The notes under the pieces are model-generated. The model saw nothing but the letters and a program-made list of their open reading frames with translations, searched no databases and was not told where the DNA came from. DNA of 44,155 bases from a bacterium (GTDB taxonomy: Bacteria > Zhuqueibacterota > Zhuqueibacteria > Oceanimicrobiales > Oceanimicrobiaceae), in NCBI GenBank assembly GCA_037446635.1, contig JBBIIG010000034.1, positions 1 to 44,155 of the forward strand, written 5' to 3'. Of this stretch, positions 10,226 to 21,300 are shown piece by piece. How positions within the stretch are numbered: the stretch's first letter is position 1; each line of letters begins with the position of its first letter. The translations under genes were made by a program, and so were the position numbers.

Positions 10226-11278
10226 GTGATGTTAACCACAATTTTAGCTTTCATTTTTGTCTTGGGCCTGCTGGTGTTCGTGCACGAGCTGGGCCATTTC
10301 ATCACCGCGAAAATGGTGGGCATCCGGGTGGAGCGGTTTTCGCTGGGATTCCCGCCGCGCATGTTCGGCAAAAAAATCGGCGATACCGATTACTGCATCT
10401 CCTGGATTCCGTTGGGCGGCTACGTGAAAATGGCCGGCATGGTGGATGAGAGCATGGAGGCCAGCAACATCAAAGGCGAGCCGTGGGAATATATGTCGAA
10501 ACCGGTGTGGCAGCGGGTGATTGTGATTTCCGCCGGCTCGATCATGAATTTTCTCACGGCGGTGGTCATCTTCGCTCTTATCTTCTATTTCATTGGCGCC
10601 GGCGAAGATTTCGATAAAAGCAGCGCCATTGGATTTATCACCGGCAAACCCGCCGAATCCATCGGGCTGCAGGTGGGCGACGTGATCACCGCCATCAACG
10701 GCCAGCCGGTCAAAAGCTGGGAGGAGTTGACCAGCATCATCCACAAAAGCCCGGAGGTGGAAATCACCATTGAATGGCAAAGAGACGGCCAGGCCTTCAG
10801 CGCCAAAGTCACGCCGGAACGCGACCCCAACCGCGGCGTCGGCATGATCGGCATCGGCCCCAAAATTATCTACCGCAGCCTGGGTTTTATCGATTCCTGG
10901 AAATTCGGCCTCATCCAATCGTTCGTGGTGCTAAAAGAGACCGTCAAAGCGCTCACGCTGATCATCACCGGCGAGGAGCCGGTGCGGGATGCGCTGGGCG
11001 GGCCGCTGCGCATCGCCGAAGAGGCGGGGAAAAGCGCCAAACAAGGATTTCAATTTCTATTGCGATTAACAGCCATCATCAGCTTGAATTTAGCGTTCTT
11101 CAACATGCTGCCGTTTCCCGTGCTGGACGGCGGACACTTAGTTTTGCTGACCATCGAGGGCATTCGCCGCAAGCCGCTTTCCACCAAAACCGTCCTCATG
11201 GTGCACAAAATCGGCATGGTGTTCCTGCTGACGTTGATCGTGTTTATCTTTTACAACGACCTGCGGCGGATGCTGTAG
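10226..11278 (+). CDS. rseP: RIP metalloprotease RseP (S2P-M50 with PDZ domain)
   Basis: HELGH zinc motif, PLGGYVKM, PDZ segment, NMLPFPVLDGG; follows dxr. Confidence 0.95.
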   Translation: MMLTTILAFIFVLGLLVFVHELGHFITAKMVGIRVERFSLGFPPRMFGKKIGDTDYCISWIPLGGYVKMAGMVDESMEASNIKGEPWEYMSKPVWQRVIVISAGSIMNFLTAVVIFALIFYFIGAGEDFDKSSAIGFITGKPAESIGLQVGDVITAINGQPVKSWEELTSIIHKSPEVEITIEWQRDGQAFSAKVTPERDPNRGVGMIGIGPKIIYRSLGFIDSWKFGLIQSFVVLKETVKALTLIITGEEPVRDALGGPLRIAEEAGKSAKQGFQFLLRLTAIISLNLAFFNMLPFPVLDGGHLVLLTIEGIRRKPLSTKTVLMVHKIGMVFLLTLIVFIFYNDLRRML

Positions 11279-11306
11279 CGGCCTGCTCATTTCAGAAGGG
11301 AGGAAG

Positions 11307-12409
11307 ATGAAAGGCTCTCTGATTTTTGCCGACAACTTTGACGCGCTTCAGTATTTGAAAAAAGACTTCTCCGCCGAAGCGCCTGCCTGCGCAGGCAGGG
11401 AGCGGCTCGGCCGGCGCGAAAAAATAAGGCTTATTTATATCGATCCCCCCTACGGCACTAAGCAACTTTTACAATTTCGAACGATCGCTTTGCCACCATT
11501 AGCCGGTCGAATAATGGCAAAATCGCTTATAACGACCAGCTTACCGGAGAAGACTATCTGCAATTCCTCGCGGAACGGCTGATCTTGATGCGCGAGCTGC
11601 TGGCTGACGACGGCTCCATTTATGTTCACATCGATGTCAAGATGGGGCACTACGTGAAAATTGTGATGGATAAAATTTTTGGGCAAAAAAATTTTATTAA
11701 CGATATCACACGCGTGAAGTGCAACCCGAAAAACTTTGCGCGTAAAGGCTATGGCAACGTGAAGGATATGATCTTGTTCTACTCGAAAACCAAAGATTAT
11801 GTCTGGAATCATCCGCGGCAGGCAATTGAAATCGGCGAGGACGACGTGCGCTTCCGCTCCGTCGATGCCGATGGCCGGCGATATACCACGACGCCCCTTC
11901 ATGCGCCCGGCGAAACCGCCAACGGCGCCACCGGCAAAGAATGGCGGGGGATGTCGCCGCCGGCAGGGCGGCACTGCCGGTACCCACCGGCTGTTTTGGA
12001 GGAGCTGGACAAAAAGGGATTGATCGAATGGTCTTCAACCGGGAATCCGCGCAAAAAGATCTTCGCCGATGATGTCATGCGGGCGGGCGTGAAAATGCAG
12101 GATATTTGGGTCTTCAAAGACCCCCAAAACCCGAACTATCCCACAGAAAAAAATTTGGAAATGTTAAAAATGATAGTCAAAGCCTCGTCCAATGAAGGCG
12201 ATATCGTCCTCGATGCCTTTTGCGGCTCCGGCACCACGCTTCTCGCCGCCAAACAGTTGCGCAGAAGATGGATCGGGATTGATTCATCAAAAGAAGCCAT
12301 TGAAATTTGCAAGAAGCGGCTGGATGATTTTGAATTGATTGAACTAAAAGATAATAGGATAATACGCTATGAATCCGTGGGCCCGAAAGACCTTACGCTT
12401 GGTTTATGA
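11307..12409 (+). pseudogene. Frameshifted beta-class N6/N4 DNA methyltransferase (Tsp45I-like family is tentative)
   Basis: LIYIDPPY lies in the 11307 frame. After a 1-nt shift at ~11463-11470 the second frame continues FTISNDRFATISRSNNGKIAYNDQL...FLAERLILMRELL through YPTEK and VLDAFCGSGTT. Confidence 0.85.
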
Positions 12410-12563
12410 AAAAGACTATCTCGACAGGTTACAGGAGGTTTACCCACATGAAGAAGGAGCGAATTTTGCTGCTTGCGCCAATAATAGCTTGCCGGTCAGA
12501 ATTGACACCTCATTGATCTTCACGGTGAAGATTAATCGGTGGATTTTCTTCCGACGTATGTAA
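12369..12563 (+). pseudogene. N-terminal remnant of the cognate type II restriction endonuclease
   Basis: Overlaps the MTase end. MNPWARKTLRLVYEKDYLDRLQEVYP resembles the N-terminus of Tsp45I-family enzymes as I recall them; the ORF degenerates after ~30 codons. Confidence 0.5.
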
Positions 12564-15500
12564 CGTATGCTACCGGCATGGTTAGCAGAACTAACAATGT
12601 CGAGCTCACCAACCCACCAATCGTAGCCAACGCCAGCGAATACCAGATGCTCTCATCCGGGCGGACAAAAAGAACCAGCGGCAACAGACCCAACACAGTC
12701 GTGGCGGTGGTCATAAAAATCGGACGCGCCCGTTCCACCGAACCTTGAATCACGGCATCAACAACCGACAAACCCCTCTGGCGAAGCATGTTGATGTGAT
12801 GTACCAGCAGAATGGCATTATTTACAACGATGCCCCCCAGCAAAATTACCCCAATGTAGGCGGAGCGATCAAAATTGGTATCGGTGAGATAAAAAATCAG
12901 AAACACGCCAATGAGCGCCATCGGCACGGTCAACATGATAATGAACGGTTGTTTCAACGACTCAAACAATCCTGCCATTATCATATAAACCAGAAACACG
13001 GCCAACATCAGTACTCCGTAAATCTGGCGTTTTTCTTCCTCCTGCAAAAAGAAGAATGAGGCGCGCTCGAGCTTGTAACCCGGCGGCAGTTGTGTATTTT
13101 TCACGACGCTTTCCACCAACCGGTCGCCGAATTTCCACGGCCCGCGATATTCAAAACTAATACCGCGCACGTACTGCTGCTCCTGGCGTACGATCTGTGC
13201 CAGTACTTTACGCTCACCAATCTGCGCCACCTCGCTCAACCGCACCGGCTCTTTGCTCGAGGTTTGAATAACGACCCGGCGCAAATCCTCGAGGTCAAAA
13301 TCGGAGTGCCCGGCCATCTTCATCCGGTACTCCGTCTCCTTCCCAGCAATTTTCAGCCGCTGCCAGTCGAGATTTTCCCGCAAGTAATTTTGTACCGCGT
13401 TCAAAACTTCTGTGGCTGACAAATGAGCTCGCTGCAACTTCTCTCGATCTACAGCGAGCACCATCTCGAACAAATCATCCTTTTGCCGGAAGCCGAACGA
13501 GCTGTTGGTATCCACGTCATGCACCCGCGGACTGCGCGCTAATTTTCGGCCCACTTCCTCTGCAAACCGTTTCACTTCATTATAATTGTAACCTAAGACT
13601 TGCAATCGATACTGCGGGGCAGCGCCGCCGCCGCTGTAAAACCCCTGGCCATAGCCATAGACCCCCACCGCTGGTCCACCGATTTGCACCGCCAGTTCGG
13701 TGAGCTGCTCTTTAAGTATGAGCGGAAAGATGGAGCGCCGAACCTCTGGCGGAAAGGTGACGTCCATGCGGGCGAATTCGGGCGCCACCGTTGTGAACAC
13801 CTTGGCAACTTTTGCATTTCCAACAACGCTGGCTTCAAACGTGCGCACGATTTCATCAGTACGCTCAATTTCCGAACCCGTTGGCATGTTGATGAACACC
13901 ACAATGTACGTGTCTTCACCCCACGACCAGATCCGGCCTTTGGCGACAAATTTCTCAAACAGATAGTAGCTGCCCGCGAACAAGCTGATCGCCAGAAAGA
14001 TAATGAAAAATCGATGGCGCAGCGCCCAGGCCAACAACCGCGGATAAAAGCCAAATGACGAGTTCTTCAATCCTCCGCCTTCAATCTTCCATCCTCGAGC
14101 TTCCTTTCTCTTCATCACCACCGCTGCCAGACTGGGGGTAAACGTAAATGCCACCAACAGCGACGCCAGCAGCGCCAGCCCAACAGCGATAGTAAACGGC
14201 AAATAATAAATTCGCAGTTCGCCGGTCGTGTAAAGGAAAGGGATAAAAACCGCCACCGTCGTCAGCGTCGAGGCGATAATCGGCAGGGCCACGTCGCGGG
14301 CCCCTTCCTCCGCAGCCGCCGACACGTCAGCGCCGCGTTCATGGTAGCGAGAAATACTGTCCAGCACCACGATGGAGTTGTCCACCATCATGCCAAACCC
14401 CAACGCCAGTCCGGCCAGCGTCAACAAATTCAATCCGATGCCGGCAAAATAGAAGAAGTTGATGGTGAGCAAAACCGAGAAAAAAATGGTGGCGAGAATG
14501 ATCAGCGGGCTGATTACGTTTCTCAAAAAAGCCAGCAGCACGAGAAAGATCACGGCAACGCAGAATAGCGAGCGCGAAGCCAAATTGGTAAGCTCGCGGC
14601 GGATTGGCTCACTCTGATCGCGTTCTTTGATCAGCCGCACCGCGGGTGGAAAATTTTCTTGTAGTTCCGCCAGGCGCGCAAAGATGCGGTCGGCCACGAG
14701 AATAGTATTCGCGCCGGCTTCCTTTTCAATATTAATCACGATGGCCGGCTGGCCGTCGATGCGGGTTAGGTTGCGCGGCTCGCTGTATCCGGAGTAAACC
14801 CGTGCCACGTCCCGCACCCGCACCACTGCGCCGTTGTTGGCCGAGACGATCATCTCCGAAATTTCATCGACGCGGTTCAACGGGTTGTCGATGATGAGAT
14901 CAAATTGGGTGGAGCCTTGATAAATTCTGCCCGCTGATGCCCGCACGTTAACATCTCGCAGCGCCGCCGCCACTGCCTGCTCCGATAAATCAAGCGCGCG
15001 TAATTTCGTGGGATCGAGCTCGATTTGAAGCTGCGGATCCTGTCCCCCCAGAACCTGCACATCGGCGACACCCTCCACGGCCAACAGGGGGCCACGCAAC
15101 CGTTCCAGTGCAAAACGCCGAATCTCCGGCAGCGACAACGGACCCGTGAGATGGTAAGAAAGAAAGCGCCCGGACTGAAATTCTTTGGGCACATACTTTT
15201 GAATCTGCGGCGGCTGCACGCCAAAGGGCAACTCCTCTTTGAGCAGCGACAGTTTTTCGCTCAGCTCCAGCGCGGCAAAATCCATATCCGCGCTGCGGGC
15301 AAATTCGATGTTGACGGTAGAGCGGCCTTCCTCAGAGATGGAATCGACTTTTTTAACATGCGCGACGGTGTTGGCCGCGGCTTCAACGGGCGAGGTCACC
15401 AACGCTTCGATGGTTTCAGGCGACGTGTTTGGCCAATATGTGGCAACGGAAAGTTTGGGGAAGCTCACATCCGGAGTGAGCTCCAGCGGCAGCCGGCTCA

Positions 15501-15585
15501 GCGACACGAGGCCCGTGAAAAGAATGGCGAGAAAAAACATGGCCACAGCCGTAGGCCGGCGGATGGCGAGGGAGATCAGGTTCAT
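12532..15585 (-). CDS. RND efflux permease subunit 2 (AcrB/MdtBC-like), ~1017 aa
   Basis: Start reassigned to MNLISLAIRRPTAVAMFF (ATG at 15585). GMMVDNSIVV, GIVVNNAILLV and RARPIFMTT motifs. Confidence 0.92.
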   Translation of the reverse strand: MNLISLAIRRPTAVAMFFLAILFTGLVSLSRLPLELTPDVSFPKLSVATYWPNTSPETIEALVTSPVEAAANTVAHVKKVDSISEEGRSTVNIEFARSADMDFAALELSEKLSLLKEELPFGVQPPQIQKYVPKEFQSGRFLSYHLTGPLSLPEIRRFALERLRGPLLAVEGVADVQVLGGQDPQLQIELDPTKLRALDLSEQAVAAALRDVNVRASAGRIYQGSTQFDLIIDNPLNRVDEISEMIVSANNGAVVRVRDVARVYSGYSEPRNLTRIDGQPAIVINIEKEAGANTILVADRIFARLAELQENFPPAVRLIKERDQSEPIRRELTNLASRSLFCVAVIFLVLLAFLRNVISPLIILATIFFSVLLTINFFYFAGIGLNLLTLAGLALGFGMMVDNSIVVLDSISRYHERGADVSAAAEEGARDVALPIIASTLTTVAVFIPFLYTTGELRIYYLPFTIAVGLALLASLLVAFTFTPSLAAVVMKRKEARGWKIEGGGLKNSSFGFYPRLLAWALRHRFFIIFLAISLFAGSYYLFEKFVAKGRIWSWGEDTYIVVFINMPTGSEIERTDEIVRTFEASVVGNAKVAKVFTTVAPEFARMDVTFPPEVRRSIFPLILKEQLTELAVQIGGPAVGVYGYGQGFYSGGGAAPQYRLQVLGYNYNEVKRFAEEVGRKLARSPRVHDVDTNSSFGFRQKDDLFEMVLAVDREKLQRAHLSATEVLNAVQNYLRENLDWQRLKIAGKETEYRMKMAGHSDFDLEDLRRVVIQTSSKEPVRLSEVAQIGERKVLAQIVRQEQQYVRGISFEYRGPWKFGDRLVESVVKNTQLPPGYKLERASFFFLQEEEKRQIYGVLMLAVFLVYMIMAGLFESLKQPFIIMLTVPMALIGVFLIFYLTDTNFDRSAYIGVILLGGIVVNNAILLVHHINMLRQRGLSVVDAVIQGSVERARPIFMTTATTVLGLLPLVLFVRPDESIWYSLALATIGGLVSSTLLVLLTMPVAYVTYVGRKSTD

Positions 15586-15649
15586 GGGTACATGGTCTTG
15601 AGGTTTCGCAAAAAAATAGAGCCGTTCAGTAAGAAATGCAAATTTTTTC

Positions 15650-15677
15650 TTGACAAAGTCGGCTTTTTTTTTATGAT
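15650..15677 (+). promoter_or_regulatory. Sigma70-type promoter of cassette 0 with T9 run in spacer
   Basis: TTGACA(15650-15655), 16-nt spacer, TATGAT(15672-15677); downstream RBS AAGGAG and ATG at 15755. Confidence 0.7.
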
Positions 15678-15754
15678 TAAAAAGTTTGTTGTGCCTTCGC
15701 TCTTGCATCCTAATCAAACTAAATCCCAAATCCCAAAAAGAAAGGAGTAGGATT

Positions 15755-15956
15755 ATGCGTAAGAGGCTTGCAGTTCTAGTACTGTTGGTGGCGTGTCTAT
15801 CTCTCACCGTTGTACCTTTTGGCCAAGTCTGACCTTCATGCTTGCTGCTCCAGGAATCAACTCGTTTCATTGGATAAACCGCAGAATGACAAAACAGATG
15901 TTCATCACGGTGAAAAGGTCATCGTTGCTTTTTCGCCGATAGCTTGGGCGTGGTAA
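15755..15956 (+). pseudogene. Disrupted small secreted peptide gene (cassette 0), absent from ORF track
   Basis: Strong RBS; MRKRLAVLVLLVACLSLTVVPFGQV then TGA at 15830. Removing one T from TTTT at 15817-15820 gives ...VVPLAKSDLHACCSRNQL... ending at 15956. Confidence 0.6.
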
Positions 15957-16105
15957 AGTCAAAGTTTGCACGAAGTTCCAAACCGGCTTTGATTTTGCTG
16001 AACGAGGGTGTAGTCGAAAAAACCGCCATTGTTGGGGATCCCGAACAACTAGATGAAGTGCGAGAAATATTGGAGATTTTTAGAAAACGGCCAGAGGAGC
16101 TATGA
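15914..16105 (+). pseudogene. C-terminal remnant of a thioredoxin-fold protein
   Basis: Start-less open frame CFFADSLGVVKSKFARSSKPALILLNEGVVEKTAIVG...RPEEL*. It resembles the ends of the 22145 and 28058 proteins (FYDSLNFV...PTTMLLD), and its TGA overlaps the next ATG (ATGA). Confidence 0.55.
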
Positions 16106-17292
16106 ATACTAATTCGATGTTGCTCTTTTTGTTGCTGGGGAATTTGGGCATTTTTTGTTTGCAATCATGTGCTTCAGAGGAAAATCAGCAAGCAAAGGAA
16201 AGCGTTCCTGCTAACAACAAGGGTAAATGGTTAGAGCAAGGATTGAACGTTCATTTGAAAAAGGTCAAAGAGGTAAGGCTGGACACCGCGGGGGATGGTT
16301 TTATGATTAGTCTAACTGGCTTAGTCCACAGAAATGACGGGTATTACGCGATTGGAGGAACAATTCCAGAGATCATCATTTATGACTCAACTGGCGCTTA
16401 CCTAAAGACGATACGGGTGAATCCTTCTCCTGCGGGACTTTGTTCCTACAGGGATATCGCGATGTCGCCCAATGGGACGATTTTTATCAAAGATATTGAA
16501 GCATCCGAAATTCTTGAAGTGGATTTGAATGGAGACGTACATAAAAGATTCGCAACAAGTGAGAATGATAGCAATCAAATCGCTTTTGGCGGACTTGAAG
16601 TCGTTGAAACTTCAACGCAGACGATGATTTTCTCGACCATATTCCAGTGGCTGGATCCCTCAGAAATATTGACAAAAACCCTAATGGTCGGCCATTTTGA
16701 TCAGAATGGTAAACTAACGCAACGATTCGCGAACCACGACCCGCTTTACGCTGAATACAATCTGTTACAATTCCAGCCATCGACGTTTACGATTTATAAA
16801 GATAGACTGTACTTAATAGAAGAGGCCCTACCGTTCGTAAGAGTTTACTCGCTGAACGGGGAATTAGTCAACAGATTCGGCGAGTACGGGATGCATCAAC
16901 GGCCTCTAAGGAAAATGACTACAAACATTTCTCCTGAAGAGCAATATGCTCGAGGTTTCAACTATACAAGATATGATGCCGTAGAAATCCTTCCAAAGGT
17001 CCTTGGCCATGATGACGCCCTTTTGGCCGTAACGTATCATAACCTTGACCCATCCGAAGAAAATATAAAAAGAAGCGTCGGTCTCCAAAGTGAATCTTAT
17101 TTGATGGTCTATTCCTTGGAAGGAGAATTGTTGGTTAACGATCTGCAGCTCCCGGGCTTCGGCTATCTATTGGATGTTAACGAAGACTCTGATTTAATCA
17201 TTCTCCTAAATTACGAGTCAGAGAACCGCCTGCTTGGCCACTTCCGTTTAGCTGTTGAGGCAGCAGAATCGGCGAACACCTCATCCCTCTAA
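16102..17292 (+). CDS. 6-bladed beta-propeller-type lipoprotein
   Basis: Lipobox LQSC; NHL-like blades (IIIYDSTGAYLKTI, VRVYSLNGELVNRFG, MVYSLEGELL). Confidence 0.75.
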   Translation: MNTNSMLLFLLLGNLGIFCLQSCASEENQQAKESVPANNKGKWLEQGLNVHLKKVKEVRLDTAGDGFMISLTGLVHRNDGYYAIGGTIPEIIIYDSTGAYLKTIRVNPSPAGLCSYRDIAMSPNGTIFIKDIEASEILEVDLNGDVHKRFATSENDSNQIAFGGLEVVETSTQTMIFSTIFQWLDPSEILTKTLMVGHFDQNGKLTQRFANHDPLYAEYNLLQFQPSTFTIYKDRLYLIEEALPFVRVYSLNGELVNRFGEYGMHQRPLRKMTTNISPEEQYARGFNYTRYDAVEILPKVLGHDDALLAVTYHNLDPSEENIKRSVGLQSESYLMVYSLEGELLVNDLQLPGFGYLLDVNEDSDLIILLNYESENRLLGHFRLAVEAAESANTSSL

Positions 17293-17310
17293 GCTATCTC
17301 CCAAATCGCA

Positions 17311-18300
17311 ATGACTATTAGATGCACTGGTTTTTTCTCCATCAGTATTCTCCTTCTGATCGCAAATTGCAGCACTAATAGAACAAACTATCAATTTCTT
17401 AAAATTCGCGAAATTCCGATACAGCTACCGCACGGTCAAGCTGTCTGCCGAATTTTCGACATCGCACAGGATACTTCCGGTCGGTTTTATCTGGCGGATT
17501 TTTCCTGTCATACAATTTGGGTGGTTAACGGAGAGGGGCACTTCATTAGCCGGATCGGATCACAGGGACAGGGACCGGGTGAATTAGGGGGGCCAGTCAG
17601 TATCGCCATAAAAGGAGATACGCTGGCTGTGCTTGAAGACCAGAACGATCGCATATCCTTTTTCGATTTGAAAGGTGAATTTGCTTACTCGTTTCCCCTT
17701 TCCGGAGGGCAATTCAGTGGACTTGAACTAAGCCATGGCGACGAGCTGATTGTTAGCGAATCGCTTGGCCTGCAACATTTCGACTTGTATTCCGTGGCCG
17801 GCGAGAAACTGACCAGTCGCCCTGCCGTTCCAACAACAGCCGTAGTGATGCCCCTTCAAATTGCCGGTGGACAAATCTCGCTTGCACCCGATGGCAACAT
17901 TCTTTTTTCATTTTTAAAAAAGTATGAGATTGTCAAAATGAATTGGCAGGGAGAAATATTGACCAGCTACACGGCATCGCCGCCCGGCTATATCGCACCG
18001 GACCTGAGCAGCCGTGAGGCGTTGATGAAACAATCCGAGTGGGCCGTAGTGGGATTGCCGTTGCAGGTTCAGGACAAAATACTCGTTCAATGGTCGGCTC
18101 GGGATGTCAAAGAAACGGGCGAAACCTCGTGGAAACATTTTGTGGATTTGTTCACGGTAGATGGCAACCCCATCAAATTAGCCATTCCAGCGCCCAACTA
18201 TTTTCTTATGGCAAAAGACGAGCTTCTATACTCGCTGACAGAAGATTCAGTGTATGAATCTAGTAATCCAGCAATAATAGTATATCAATTGGTAGAATAA
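17311..18300 (+). CDS. 6-bladed beta-propeller (NHL-like) lipoprotein
   Basis: Lipobox IANC; GHFISRIGSQGQGPGEL motif; terminal NPAIIVYQL. Confidence 0.85.
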   Translation: MTIRCTGFFSISILLLIANCSTNRTNYQFLKIREIPIQLPHGQAVCRIFDIAQDTSGRFYLADFSCHTIWVVNGEGHFISRIGSQGQGPGELGGPVSIAIKGDTLAVLEDQNDRISFFDLKGEFAYSFPLSGGQFSGLELSHGDELIVSESLGLQHFDLYSVAGEKLTSRPAVPTTAVVMPLQIAGGQISLAPDGNILFSFLKKYEIVKMNWQGEILTSYTASPPGYIAPDLSSREALMKQSEWAVVGLPLQVQDKILVQWSARDVKETGETSWKHFVDLFTVDGNPIKLAIPAPNYFLMAKDELLYSLTEDSVYESSNPAIIVYQLVE

Positions 18301-18322
18301 AGCACAGATGATAGAGAATAGT

Positions 18323-18358
18323 AAACCTCCCGCAGGGTTTGACACCTGCGGGAGGTTT
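18323..18358. terminator. Perfect 14-bp hairpin between convergent genes (bidirectional terminator or REP-like)
   Basis: AAACCTCCCGCAGG-N8-CCTGCGGGAGGTTT. Confidence 0.8.
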
Positions 18359-18363
18359 TTGAT

Positions 18364-21300
18364 CTAACGATCCCCTCTGAGACCTTTCCGAGCAGCCACC
18401 AAACTATACACTACCGGCACCACCACTAACGTCAAAAACGTCGCGGAGAGCAAGCCGCCGCTAATCGCCACCGCCAGCGGACGCTGCAGTTCCCCGCCCG
18501 GCCCGAAGCCCAACGCCAGCGGCAGCAAACCCAGCACGGTGGTGAACGTTGTCATCAAAATCGGGCGCAGCCGTTTTTGGCCCGCTACCAAAATGGCGTC
18601 GTGCACCGAAGCGCCGCGCCGCCGCTCCTGTTTGATGAAATCCACTTTGATCACCGCATCGTTGTCCACAATCCCCACCAGCACCACCACGCCGATCAGC
18701 GACATCACATTGAAACTCTGGCCGGTGACAAACAGCGACAGCACCGCGCCAATAGCCGCCAGCGGAATGGTAGTTATAATAATAAAAGGATGAATAAGAG
18801 ATTCAAACTCCGCCGCCAGAATCATATAAACTAAGGCGGCGGCCAACAGGATGGCCAGAATTAAACTGCGAAACGAGCGCCGCATTTCCTCGCGGGCGCC
18901 GCCAACGGTGATTTGGTAATCATACGGTCGCTCGATACTGGAGATGCTTTGTTCAATATCTCGCACCACCGAACTGTAGCCGCGGTCGCTGACACTGCCA
19001 TAAAGCGCCATCTGCCGTACCTGATTTTCCCGATGAATTTCGGTGGGACCACGAGACGGTTCGGCCCGAATCAATTCTCGCAGGGGAACGGAATGGTTGC
19101 CAAAGCGAATCCGCGCGTTCAGCAAATCGGCCAGCTCATCCCGCGCCGACACTTCGGGGCGCACGACGATATCGATCTTGCGGTCGAAGTCCGTGAACTG
19201 GGTGGCAACTGTTCCCCGCATGGTGTTTTGCACGAAATTCGCAACCAGTCGCGCGGAGAGGCCATAGCGGCCAGCGGCTTCGCGGTCAATGGTGATGCGA
19301 ATTTCCGGTCGCCCTTCTTTGTAGGAGCTGCGAAGGTCAACCAGCCCCGACACCTCACGAACGCTTTCTTCAACTTTCTGGAGCAAACCATTCATCAAGC
19401 CCAGATCGCTGCCGCTGATTTTTATGGCTACATCCGCTTCCACAGCGTCCAAATACTGGCTGAGCAAATTCTCGCTGGCGGCCAGAGTGATTTTCGCAGC
19501 AGGCATGCGCTCAAACTCAGGCCGTAGTGAAGCCATGACTTCATCGCTGCTTTTTGAGCTGCGCGGATTCAGCCGAACCTGCAGCCGCGCCCGATGGAGC
19601 GCCGTCTCCTCCAAAAGCAAGCCGCTTTGGTCTGAAGCCAGCCCAATGTTGGAAAACACCGTCGCCACTTCGGAGCGACGCAATAGCAAGCGCTCCATCT
19701 CGCCCACTACCTGGCTGACGCTTTCCAAACTTGTGCCCGGCGGCATTTCAACTTTGATGACGAATTCTTTTTGATCCACTTTGGGCATGAGCTGCCGGTC
19801 GATGACCAAACTCAAAAGTCCGGAGATAATCAAACTCAAACCCGTAATCAGGATCACCTTCGCGCGATTGCGCAGCGCCCACTTCAGCAGGGTTTCATAT
19901 TTTTGGGAAAACAGGTTAAACATACGATCGAATGTTTGCAGCACCGGGCGCCAAATTCGGCCCAAGATTTTCACCAAGCCCTCCAACCAAAAACGAGCCA
20001 GCGCTCCCAGCCAACCGCCGAGCCATTTCCAGAATTTTATGAATGGACGAATTGTGAATTCCATGATTTTTTGAGATAGATCCGAAAGGCGAGTTTTGCG
20101 GCGCTCGAAAAGACTGGAATAGATGCGAGTTTCTGGCGCGGTTTTGATTTCGTCGCGATCCCTTTTGCGGAAAAAATGCGCGGCCAGCACCGGCAGCAGA
20201 GTCAACGAGACCACCAGCGACGCCAGCAGCGCGAACGTCACCGTCATATATTGATCGCGAAAAAGTTGGCCCGCGAAACCCTGTACATAAATAATCGGAA
20301 AGAAAACCGCGATGGTCGTAAGGGTTGCAGCCGTGATGGGCATGGCCACCTCGCGAGCGCCCGCAATGGCCGCGGAACGGACATCGGCGCCTTCTTCGCG
20401 CAAACGAAAAATGTTCTCCAAAACCACGATGGAGTTATCCACCAGCATGCCCACCCCCAGCGCCAGTCCGCTCAGCGAAATCATATTCAAGCTGATGCCG
20501 CCAAAAAACATCATTATAAATGCGGCGAGAATCGAAATGGGAATGACAAGGCCGATGTTGATGGGGTGACGGACATCGCGCAAAAACAGGAACAGCACCA
20601 CAAACGCCAGTACGGCGCCCACACTCACCGCTTGTTCGACATTGCCGATGGCAGCCGAAATGAACTCCGCCTGATCCGCCGCGACGGCGATGTTCACCTC
20701 CGGATGCTCACGCCGCAACTGCTCCAGCACCGCATGAACGCGCCGAGATACTTCCACCGCATTGGCCTCGGCCTCTTTGGTGATGATCACGCCAATCGCC
20801 TCCTGCCCGTTGAAGCGGGTGATGGACTCGCGCTCGCGAAAGCCGTCCACTACCTTGGCGATATCCTTCAACGTGATCACGGCACCGTTGCCATTATTGG
20901 AGATCACCACGGCTTGCAACTCTTGCGTATCCTGAAACTCGCCAAGAGTGCGCAAGGCATAACGGTAGAGGCCCTTTTTGATCGTGCCGCCGGGCAGGCT
21001 GCGATTGGCGTTGGCGAGCGCTGTTGCCACCTCATCGAGCGAAACGCCGAGCGCGGTGAGTTTGCGGTTGTCGACCTCCACCTGAATTTCCCGCTCCAGA
21101 CCGCCGGTCACCGCCGCCAGCGCTACTCCCTGAATTTGCTCGAGACGGCGTTTGATCACGTTGCGAGTGAATTCTTTCAATGGCACGAGGTCGCCGCCGG
21201 TGACGGCCAGCGACATTACCGGCAGGGCGCGGGGATCGAGGCGTAAAATCGTGGGGCGTTCGGCTTCCTGCGGCAGCGTCCAGCGCAGGTTGTCCAATTT

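Noticed and set aside
15586..15870. 95-aa N-terminal extension of RND2 in the ORF track
   Set aside because: Runs through the divergent promoter and peptide gene; paralog alignment puts the start at 15585.
15830..15877. Selenocysteine readthrough: TGA-CCT-TCA-TGC would give a UxxC motif in a 40-aa secreted peptide
   Set aside because: No convincing SECIS hairpin by eye; the 1-nt frameshift explanation gives a better match to sibling peptides. A bSECISearch run plus a selABC check would settle it.
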